Assembly: GCA_004431415.1 (NCBI GenBank)
Contig: QPMI01000060.1
Location: 1-39,749 of the forward strand
Reading direction: 5' to 3'
Source: Cyanophora paradoxa CCMP329
Lineage: Eukaryota; Plantae; Glaucophyta
DNA: 39,749 nt
A program made the translations under genes and the position numbers. The notes under the pieces are model-generated. The model was not told the DNA's origin, did not search any database, and saw nothing but the letters and a program-made list of their open reading frames with translations. Numbering within the stretch: position 1 is the first letter of the stretch; each line of letters starts with the position of its first letter. Shown piece after piece: positions 20,289 to 30,151 of the stretch.

Positions 20289-23200
20289 TTATACTGTGAC
20301 ATTTTTAATTTGGTCTATTTGACTTTGTAAATCTTTGCATTTTGCGATAACTCCTTCACTGCTTCAATGAGAACAGGAATTAAACCTGTGTATTCAAGAG
20401 ATAGGTAGCCATCGTCTTTTTTAACATTAACTACCTCTGGTATTACCTTTTCTACATCTTGTGCAATTAAACCTAATTTGTTCCGTCTTTTTCGCTTCCA
20501 ATTCGTTTAAAACTTACTCCTTCTAATCTCTCGATTGCTGAAAGAGCGCCGGATATCTTTTTAATATCGGTTTTGTATCTTATGTCACTTCCTTGTGTTA
20601 AATAACCTCCAATCCACATCCATCCTCCATGATACATGTAACAAATATCAGTATCTTGTTCATTTCGGAATACAAGGGGAATATCTCCCCCTCCTTTCAA
20701 ATATGTAGAAGTTTGGTTACCGAAATGGATACGATTATATCCATCACTTGAACTAAACCAAGTCCCCACAGATCCTGTTAAGATATTTGGTTTACTATAA
20801 ACGTTATTCCAATGAATATAGCCGGTGTGACCACCATAACTATTTCCAACCCAAATTTTCATGTAACTAATACCCATAATATGAACTCTTCCAATCTTTG
20901 GTCTAATCCGAATTGTGAGGAATCGATTACCAAGATGTATTGGAACATTATTTATACCACTGTGGTTACCATCAGGAGATGTGCTGTATGGTTGATAACT
21001 ATTTACTGATGTAATAAAAACTTCATTCCCTTGTCGATTCACTCCCCAAATTTCAAAAATTCGTGAGTTAGTCCAAGGTAAATAGGTTAAAAATGCTGTT
21101 CCTGTGTGGTATCCATCGGGTATATCGAAGTCAATCCAAGCGGTAGAAGTTTGGTCATCATATTGATTATTATAGACATATGAACCATAATTATAATATG
21201 GATCCCATGCTGAACTCCATGCCCATGACCAACCCTCAGAACATCTATTAAATGCAATACCTCCTACTGTTTTATCTGCTGTGTGAAACTTTGGGACATC
21301 ATTACCGTTTATTTGGAGTTTGGTGTTGCATTAATAGTAGGTGCTGTAATAGTATTATTCACCCAAAAGTTACCATTGTTATAAGATTTTAAAATGGCTG
21401 TATCTGCTGAGTTTCTGAATTCAATTGACACACCATCACCATTTGGTCTCCCTCGTATATATGTGCAATCGCCATTACCAAACCAAATTCGTTCTACTGC
21501 ATCTGTTGATTTTAACCATGTATTTGTTGCCCATGTTGCCGTTCCTGGGAGGTCTGCGGCTGTAATTAATGCGGGGCGACTGTAAATATTATCCCAAGAG
21601 ATCATACCAACATCATTATCTGTTGCCCTCTGCCTACTCCAACCAAAAACTCCTGTGAGATGAATGCGACCTTTTCGACCTTGAACATAAATATACTTGT
21701 AAAACTCGCAATTAATTGATACAAACAAGATAGTATTATTTGTCCCATCATGATTTACTGACTGTATTCCTTGATAATCGTTTACACGTTTTAAGAAATG
21801 CTGATTGTTATTGAGAGTCTGACCATAGATATCAAAATATCTGCCATTATACCAAGGCATATGCTGAATATAAAATGATTTCATACCTGTGGGGACAGTC
21901 CACCTCATAAAACAACCGCTACAATCTTCATCATTTTGTGGTGTTGTATAACATCCTGTTTGTCCTGTTCTTGGTGACCAATTCAAATTCCAATTATTTG
22001 CGCTTCTATCTGTTGATACTACATCTAATTGATCGAAATCATATCCTTTTGGAATTGTGTTTCCACCAATTTGTAGACTAGTAGCGTTTACAGTTCCATT
22101 AACTGTCCCACCTGTAAGAGGTAAATAATTTCCTAGAGCTGCTGTTAACTCTGCATCTGTTGTATAATTATTTAGAGTCGTTCCCAATTCACTTTCTGTT
22201 ACATAGCTGCTTAAATCTGCTGTTGTAAGATACCCTTTATTGGTTAGGTAATCATCTGTGACCACACCTGAAAGGGTTGTATTGTGTAAGTTTTTTGCTG
22301 CCATCCTCTGATTGACTTCTAAGGCTCCACCTGATGTCGTTTTTATCCATGCAATCTCACATTTCCCATGATCATCTGTGGGTTGTCCCGCAACGGGAAG
22401 ATAGTTTACAACTTTCTCCCTTGTGAATACTATTTTAGGTCTTGCTCCATCATATGCGCTTTGATCTGTTACGTTAATTTGAATAGCTGCTGAAAAATCC
22501 GCTACTTGTCCTATTTCTCCTGGGTGATAATTCGTAACATAGATACTGGGGAAAGTATCGTTTACTCCTACATTGAAATCGCCACTATACACTCCATTTA
22601 CGATTGGATCCCTGGGTAATCTTACTGCAAGAGTTCCCACCATCGGTGTGCCTGTTTCACCTGTAAATGAACCATTGAGACTAACATAATGATCATTCAA
22701 AAATAGCCTTTCAGGTGTATTAATGATTGGTAAAGTGTGACTCCATTAAAAACGTTTCCGATTGCATTCAATTGTGCGAATACTGGTGTTCATCTATTTC
22801 ACTCCAAGTGTCTGTGATTGAGTTGTGATCTCTGAGTATCATGAGTGTGTGACTGGCGGAAGTTAGGGGATTTGATATGCTCCCATAAATGATCATGTGA
22901 AATCTGTGATCTATCTTTGTGTGTGCGAAATCTGTTATTGATCTTTGTGTGAGTGTGGCGAAATCTGTAATATTGCTTTGTGTGTTTGTTTTGCTACCAA
23001 TCTAAACACATTCGAAGTGGATATGTGGTAGAGTTGCATTTGGTAACTGTGAGATTTCATAAATATTGCTCGAATAATTTAAGATCTTCATTCAATATGG
23101 CTGCGTATTTGAAATCCATACATATTGTATATATATCTACCGTCTTTCTTCAATAGATACGCACGATGAAAACGAAATTTCGCAAGATCTCCATTAGCAC

Positions 23201-25717
23201 AGAAGACCAATGATGCAAATTAGAGGTGAGAAATCACCGATGATGTCCATATCAAACACCCATTCACGACAATTTGCTCTGGAAACAGTGAATCCCAATA
23301 TTCACGAATTATAAATATATGATGCATCGATAAGGAGTTGCATTTCTAATCATTTTGAATTGTAGTGAACACCAACTTTGATTTTACACATATCAATCAA
23401 TTGATAGAACTATCCTTATAACATATAAGAGATTGTAGTATTGATCTACTATAGTAATGTAATGACATCTATGAACATCTAACTGTTATCTTCAATGATG
23501 TTGGGTTGCATCAATAAAACTCATTGATGTAGATGATTTGGTACGATTTGCTGAATATTCACAGTCAAATATTTGATTCTGATTACTTCCGTAAATATTG
23601 TTTGCCATAGATTACTGTGTAAATGTTACTTGTATAAGGTTACTGGTGAAATGTTACTTGTGACTGTAAGGTTTGTCATTTTATCACAAAAAGAAAGAAT
23701 TTGTTATTCCCTTCTCAATATATCCTTGTCTTCTAAATAATCTCTGTACCACTCTCGAATATTTCTTGTGAATTTTTTGCAGCCATTCTTGATTGGCTTC
23801 CAGAACCCCACCATAGTTTGTTTTAATCCATGCAAGCTCTGCCCTTCCATAGTTATCATTTGCAGTTCCCACTATGGGAATATAGGAATATTTATCTCGA
23901 CTGAAAACTATCATTGGTCTTGATCCATCTAGACTGCTTACATCTGCTACATGAACCTGTATAGCAGAGTTGTAATTTTGGTAGGTTGCTGGGTCTGTTG
24001 GGACTCTGAATGTATCTGTGGGAATGTCAGCCTCCATGTAGCTTGACACAAAGATATTTGGTATGGTTGCTCCTGGTTCAGGTGGGTTTTCAAAGAGCCT
24101 GGTAATGTCCGAATATGAAGTGGTCCTCTCATGGCTGAATTTGCAAGTGACCCATCCACATTGACATAGTGTTCATTCAAAAAGATCCTTTCAGGGACAT
24201 TGCATGTCTGGTAAAGAGAAACTCCCATTAGAGGTTCAACTTTTGAAAATTCTGGTTGGTCATTGATCTCATCCCAGGTGTGTTCATGGTTGCTTGCTGC
24301 AAACTTATCTGGTATCCCATCCAGATCACCCCAGTCATGCCTGTGATCCTCTGGTGGGAATTTCTCTGGTTTACCTAATATCTCATCCCAGTCATGGTTG
24401 TGATCCTCTGGTGGAAATCTTGCTGGTTTGTTATTGATCTGCTCCCAATCTGGGAAGAACTCCCAAATCTCTGGGCGAAATCCATCTGGTAATAATTCTT
24501 CATGGGGTTCATATGGTTGCTCATAATCAACAACTGGTGGTTCGAGACCATCTGCTAAATATTCCTCATGGGGTTCATAATTCTGCTCATATTCATACTC
24601 TTGTGGATCTAAACCATCTGGTAAATACTCTTCCTCATTGGGATCATATTGATCATATTCATACTCTTGTGGGTCGAAACCATCAGGTAGGTATTCCTCC
24701 TCATCTGGAACGAATTGGTATTCGTCAAGCTCCAAAATATCAATTTCAGGAGGTAAATATTGCTCATCAATTTGCTTTCTTGGTTCAATTATAGGTTTAT
24801 TTCGAACCTGCTCCCAACTCACAATGTGTTGACCAAAAGGAACTGTCTCATCTGCTGTGTATTCTCTTCCTGGTTGCTTTTTGGGTGTTAAATCTGGTGG
24901 ATCCCATGGTAGTGGGAAGGGAACTGGGACAGGTCCATAATACTCAAAGATCTCTCTTATGGTCTTCTCACTTACAAGTTTCTCTCCATTTGCATAGACA
25001 TTGCTTCCATGGATATTTCGCCATTGTCTGGTTCTAATACCAAGATCTTTGGTGTTTGTCACCAAAGGTAAAAGGTGCCTATCCATTTCGACAAGGTCTG
25101 GGTGTAAATGAACTGTTACTGGTTGAGTGGGGCTACTGTTGACAGTGATAGACGCCTTATTCTTTGCTGTATCACCAGGTAGTTGGAAACCGAATTGCGC
25201 ATTAGAAGCCGAATTCGCCACAATATCTCTGGATAAACATTGTTAGTGAACTCGATTTTGTTGGTTTCTCCATGGGGGCTATCTGTAATATTTCGGGAAT
25301 TTGTGCAATTGCATTTGATCCTTCATTATAGATTCTCAAACCACTCTGATGCCCACCCTTCTCATTTTGAACATTGAATATTAACCTACCACTATCGAAT
25401 CGAGTTGGAATATCTGGATGGGTTCCACTGGTTTTCAGTTTTCTTGGTCTGCTCCTGGTTGCTTTAATCTGGGCTACTTGATTCGATTTCACATTCCCCA
25501 TGCTGAAAGCAACACTCACATCCTCCTTTTCGGGATCCATTTCGTTTATTGAAAGTGCATGCTCTCTTGGGTGAGTCTTTGAGGGTTCATCTGCACTGTG
25601 ATCAATTGAGATTGACCCTCTGGCTGTCAAGTTATCGAAATTCACATGTTTGTTATCTGCCTTCCCTCTTCCTGATGAGGGAATGGTTTGAAGGTTTGCT
25701 GGGTAATTGAAACTCAT
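20289..25717 (-). CDS. Large modular tail-fibre-like protein with C-terminal peptidase S74 intramolecular chaperone (split by frameshifts; possibly two genes)
   Basis: ORF pieces 25202-25717, 23947-25221, 23684-24049, 21309-22700, 20473-21042 and 20289-20480. Contains H-x-H repeats (HNHDW, HRHDW, HEHTW) and the YLPLTGGTVNG fibre motif. The S74 signature SDIRYKTDIKKI..AL..I..L.GVSF...GLIAQDVEKVIPEVV...LEYTGLIPVLIEAVKEL is followed by a coiled coil. Region 22750-23600 reads poorly. Confidence 0.8.
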
Positions 25718-25766
25718 CCCTGTTTACTCTACTTATAGAGATTTATTAAATTTGAGTTAAGTAAAG

Positions 25767-27308
25767 ATGCCTTTGAAGATTTGCCTCAGTCTCTCAGGTG
25801 GGGGAGCTCGTGGTATAATTATTACGAGATTGTTAAAAGAAATCGAAACTCGAACAGGAAAAAGAGTAATTGACCTTGTTGATCTGGTGAGTGGAACATC
25901 CACTGGTGGGATAATTGCGATTGGTCTCAATGTGAAAAATCCCGAATTTCCAAACGAACCTAAACTTACTGCAACCGATTTGCATTCCACTTATCTCAAT
26001 CAACTCCCCTTAATCTTTGCAAATCCCAGAAATATTATTGATAATGCACTTTTCAACACCAAGTATGATGTGACCCCATTGGAGACAGCCATTCTCACTG
26101 TTACTGGTGAGTCTCTCATTCAAGACTCTCTCAAAGATGTAGTGATCACAAGTTTTGACACTGTGAGTATGAAGCCCATTTTTATCACCAATGATAACTC
26201 CTACAAATCCATCCCCAGCAAGATTGCTGCAAGATCCACCTCTGCTGCTCCAACATATTTCTCACCTGTGAACTATGATGGGATGTCTCTAATTGATGGT
26301 GCAATCTCAGGTAACAACAATCCCAGTGTCTGTGGTTACAGTCATGCTAAGAAGATCTATGATGATGATGATGATATTATAGTGATAAGTATATCCTGTG
26401 GTGAAGTCAATGAAACAGATGCTCCAAATGTGGGTTACTCTTATGAAGATGTGAACAGCTGGGGCATCCTCTCTTGGATTGCTTCGACCTCTGGAAGTCC
26501 ATTAATCAATATGTTGATGGCTGCAAGTGAACTGTCTGCTCTGGAAAAGATGCAAGAGTTTCTCCCATACAATGATGATCAAGGATATGCAAGATATTAT
26601 AGACTCTCTGTTCCACTTCCAAAGACCATAGTAAACTCTTTGGATGATACCTCTAAAATACCAGATATGATAGATGCAACCGAAATATATATAGCAGCAA
26701 ACACTGTGATGATTGATAGACTCTGTGATTTACTGGTTGCAAATTACGAAATCAAGAACCCTGCAAGGTTCTATATATCATCCACTCTGAATAACATACC
26801 TCCCATTGATGCTAACTGGTATCTTCTATCAGATGGTGCATTCACTGCTTCATCATCAAAAATTGGAAGGGAGGCATTTAAAGCAAGACCTTCCTTGACA
26901 GGTTGGGAAGCAAATGCATCTGCTCCTGATGGGATATGGAGTGTTCCCACTGAGTATCTCCAAGTAACCTTCCCATACATATTTGAGGTTGCATCTATAA
27001 TTGCATATGGTTCTGGTGTAACAAACGCTTTTATTAAGACCTTCAATGTTGCAACATCACAAGATGGTGTTTCCTGGTCATTTATCAAGTATGAAGGTGT
27101 CAACAGAGTGTTTATGTGTGAAACTATTAATAATGCCCACAACAGTGGTGATGTCTCATACAGTTCTGGGTATCCCACCTCTATTAGAGACGTTTTCTAT
27201 ATTGGCTACCCTCTGAGGACAAGGTATATTCGAATTTATCCACTTGTATACATCAACACCCCAACTATGAGAGTGGATGTCACAGGTGCATTTATTCGAA
27301 GTGTATGA
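25767..27308 (+). CDS. Patatin-like phospholipase fused to a C-terminal F5/8 type C (discoidin) domain
   Basis: Intact 513-aa ORF with GGGARG, GTSTG (catalytic Ser), SAAPTYF and DGA (catalytic Asp). The C-terminus has FTASSS...EYLQV...F.VATSQDGVSW...RTRYIRIYP...MRVDV.G, typical of FA58C. Confidence 0.9.
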   Translation: MPLKICLSLSGGGARGIIITRLLKEIETRTGKRVIDLVDLVSGTSTGGIIAIGLNVKNPEFPNEPKLTATDLHSTYLNQLPLIFANPRNIIDNALFNTKYDVTPLETAILTVTGESLIQDSLKDVVITSFDTVSMKPIFITNDNSYKSIPSKIAARSTSAAPTYFSPVNYDGMSLIDGAISGNNNPSVCGYSHAKKIYDDDDDIIVISISCGEVNETDAPNVGYSYEDVNSWGILSWIASTSGSPLINMLMAASELSALEKMQEFLPYNDDQGYARYYRLSVPLPKTIVNSLDDTSKIPDMIDATEIYIAANTVMIDRLCDLLVANYEIKNPARFYISSTLNNIPPIDANWYLLSDGAFTASSSKIGREAFKARPSLTGWEANASAPDGIWSVPTEYLQVTFPYIFEVASIIAYGSGVTNAFIKTFNVATSQDGVSWSFIKYEGVNRVFMCETINNAHNSGDVSYSSGYPTSIRDVFYIGYPLRTRYIRIYPLVYINTPTMRVDVTGAFIRSV

Positions 27309-27330
27309 TACATCAGGACTTCTGATGTAT
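27308..27330 (+). terminator. Stem-loop at the patatin stop codon (possible 3'-end signal)
   Basis: ATACATCAG-GACTT-CTGATGTAT, a 9-bp perfect stem. A second palindrome TACAGTAGCTACTGTA follows at about 27355-27370. Confidence 0.4.
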
Positions 27331-27758
27331 GGTGCACCAGATTATGGCTTTTTTTACAGTAGCTACTGTATTTTGCATTATTTTACTGTATGTTCCTTAC
27401 ATTAGAAAGTAGCCGATAAATCGTTTTTTCGAAATATATGTATGAAATATATACGTATATATACTTGATACCTACACCATCGTGTAGGTCTTTTTAAGCG
27501 CTTTCCAGCGCTATGTCGACGGTCGCGATCTGATGATCTGGTGGTGAGATACAAGCGTTTGAAGATGCCGACAGCCCCACAGTGGGAACGTTAGGCGATG
27601 CCGACAGTAGTAACGCGAACCGTCAAGTATATATGCGCATATATACATTTTGACCACAAAATCGCGGATTGGTCGGTCGCCAACTCGGGGGGCTCAGTGT
27701 CACACGAAATGTATGGTATATATATATATGATGAAACAAGTGATGTCATGACGTCATA

Positions 27759-28008
27759 ATGGTTGCGCAACCTGGTTGCGATGATGCAACCATGGTTGCG
27801 ATATGATGCAACCATGATGCAACCATGGTTGCGCTGGTTGCGCAACCAGGTTGCGCAACCAATTTTTTCCGATTGAGTGGTTGCGCAACCAATTTTTTTC
27901 CCATTGAGTGGTTGCGCAACCTGGTTGCGATGATGCAACCATGGTTGCGATGATGGTTGCGATGATGCAACCATGGTTGCGATGATGGTTGCGATGACGC
28001 GCAACCAT
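27759..28008. repeat. Array of inverted TGGTTGC/GCAACCA units
   Basis: Repeated GGTTGCGCAACC palindromes and TGGTTGCGATGATGCAACCA units, interrupted by two T-tract spacers. Confidence 0.9.
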
Positions 28009-28035
28009 TTTGCGATTCATAGAATTATCCGATTG

Positions 28036-28166
28036 ACCGAAACTTCACCGAAACTCCACCGAAACTTCACCGAAACTTCACCGAAACTTCACCGAAACTT
28101 TTCGAAACTTCACCGAAACTTCACCGAAACTTCACCGAAACTTCACCGAAACTTCACCGAAACTTC
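28036..28166. repeat. 11-bp tandem repeat (ACCGAAACTTC) x12
   Basis: Twelve head-to-tail copies, three of them slightly variant. Confidence 0.95.
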
Positions 28167-28286
28167 AATATCGGTCATACATATGTATTTTATTACCAGG
28201 TGCTCCGTTTTTAAATCTGAAAACAGATTCGGAATCGCCACGATAGCGCCAATCAGGATTCGTCGTGATCGGGCACTTACAAAATA

Positions 28287-28300
28287 AAAAATTGACAAGG
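28287..28300 (+). promoter_or_regulatory. Putative viral early promoter motif AAAAATTGACAAGG
   Basis: Contains AAAATTGA, about 30 nt upstream of ATG 28328. Related copies lie upstream of three other genes. Confidence 0.6.
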
Positions 28301-28327
28301 AGTTTCTGGATTCTCCCAACTTCTGCT

Positions 28328-28570
28328 ATGGATCCCATCTACCAAGACCCTGCTATCATCCATGCTGCCCAGTCAGACTGGATCCATGATTTCAAGACTG
28401 CTTTCTATTACAATTTCTTCATGTCACAGCCAGAGCATGTGAGACTGTTCTTTGTTTATAATTACCAACTGGTCTCAAACCTTGAAACTTTCTTCTTGGA
28501 AATTATTGAAAAAGATAGACAAATGAGGAAAATTCGCCAGAGGTCTAAGAGATTCCGAAAGCGTTGTTAA
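28328..28570 (+). CDS. Hypothetical viral protein (80 aa) with basic C-terminus
   Basis: MDPIYQDPAIIH...RKIRQRSKRFRKRC*; promoter-like motif upstream. Confidence 0.55.
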   Translation: MDPIYQDPAIIHAAQSDWIHDFKTAFYYNFFMSQPEHVRLFFVYNYQLVSNLETFFLEIIEKDRQMRKIRQRSKRFRKRC

Positions 28571-28724
28571 TCTATTTCCTCTGCCCTCTTCGTAGATTGA
28601 ATCGAGTTTGGGTGCAGTATATGTTTCTTTGGTGGTTGAAAAGTCATTATACCACCTCTGACTGTTGACTTCTGATAATTTCTGGGTTCCTGCTATGGTC
28701 AACTTCTTTAATTCTTTCTCTACT

Positions 28725-29986
28725 CTACCCTTCTTTTGTGCTCTTGCTTCTGTGAGGGTTCTTTTGGTATTTCACTTGCTTTTCTATGCCCTCCTTTCTG
28801 ATTGCTGAATCAACCCTGGCTTCCTCCTTTGCCTGTTCAAGAGCATCCACTGTGGGAGTTTCATGATACTCAACACCTTTAATGGGCAGCAGTTCATGAA
28901 AAGCGAATCTACCATCAACTATCTCACCACTGGGACTTCTGATTCTGAACTTGAAGCCCTCTCTGCCCTCCACACTATAAACAATTCGAGACCAATTAAC
29001 CCCTTGCTTTGCAAATGGATTCTTTTCAACTTTCACTCTCACAAACATTCCAGGTTTCAGGGCATCAAGATACTCAATCGATTTCTTGAATCTCTGATCC
29101 TCCATATTCACTATCTCTTTGTAGTGGGCTTCTGTGGTCTCTGCTGGTTTTCTCTTGGTTGCAGAGTGAATGGTATTATTATAATTATACTCAATATCAC
29201 CCAACACATCAAAAATCGTGCAGTATTATTTGCAATGCAGTAGTTTGTGATCAATCTCTTGATCTGTCTGTTAAAGGCTTCAATTCGACCTTGGGTTCTG
29301 TGATCTGCAACATCACTTAGTTGATGCTCAATGAATTTTGTTCCCAAATAATCTGTGAACAACACATTGGTAAATTCGCTTCCACTGTCACTCTGAATGC
29401 GAACAATTGGTCTGGGGACTCTCTGTTCAAGTTGCTTGAATGCTGCAAGTGTAGTAAGAGCACTCTTGTCTCTCATTGGAATTATGAACCCTGTTCTCAG
29501 GGTTGACTCCATTGCACTCATAAATGTATCATAACCATCATTCTGCTTTTTGTATGCAGGAAAGAAGAGCAGATCAATCACATAGGTATCAAGGGGTTGC
29601 CTTATTGGAATCATGGGATCTCTCTTTCGAGATAGGGTGGGTGCATTAATCTGGACGACCTCCTGCTTATCATACCACTCTCTCATCTTCTTGTAGTTCT
29701 CCTCTGGTAGTTCCTGTCTCATTGCAGTAAATCCCTTGTAGCCTGTCCTGGGATCATAGAACTTCTTAGCAATCTTCGACTCTTTTGGTGCTGTCTCAGC
29801 TGGGAGGGTCTCTGGGATTAATTGCTTGACCATCTCTGATCTTTTCAATATTCGACTGCTCTTCTCCTCCACTGGAACTGTGATGGGCAGGATATTCCCT
29901 CGATCTTCAATTGCCTCTTTTCTTACAATTCTGGGTGGTTGTCTCAATCCTATTTGTGTAGAAGGCATCTTTACCTTATCTCTCAT
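28725..29986 (-). CDS. Polinton-type retroviral-like (rve) DDE integrase, one frameshift near 29210
   Basis: YVIDL...IQSDSGSEF...GRIEAFNRQIK (D,D,E triad), then YNYNNTIHSATKRKP and G-x-x-VRV...F-x-K...NWS-x-x-VY-x-V. The C-terminus may extend to about 28570 through another frameshift. Confidence 0.92.
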
Positions 29987-30151
29987 ATAATAAATGCAAG
30001 AGTCTGTGTGGAAGGAGAACACAATTCCAAACTACTTTGCAATTGAGCCCAATGATCCAGGATTAAGATGTATATGGCTGCTGCATTTAATTCGCGGTTT
30101 ATTACTTCTTGGAGAGCGAAACCAAAGAAAAAGAAAGATTGATGAAGTAGA

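Noticed and set aside
17749-20290. Poxvirus-like late TAAATG at starts of speD and ORF 20285
   Set aside because: Only two exact cases, easily produced by AT-rich leaders or stop-start packing.
20473-24400. Duplicated fibre modules as a diversity-generating retroelement TR/VR pair
   Set aside because: The copies are diverged at all base types, both are coding, and no reverse transcriptase is present in the window.
27530-27560. CTGATGA as a hammerhead ribozyme core
   Set aside because: The following stem is not followed by the required GAAA, and no stem I/III pairing was found.
27695-28280. CAGTGTCACACG as the left TIR of a second hAT MITE inside the virus
   Set aside because: No matching right TIR or 8-bp TSD was found.
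27591-28287. ORFs spanning the central repeat arrays
   Set aside because: Repeat-derived periodic peptides on both strands (HRNHGCII, TETSPKLHRNF); most likely non-coding.
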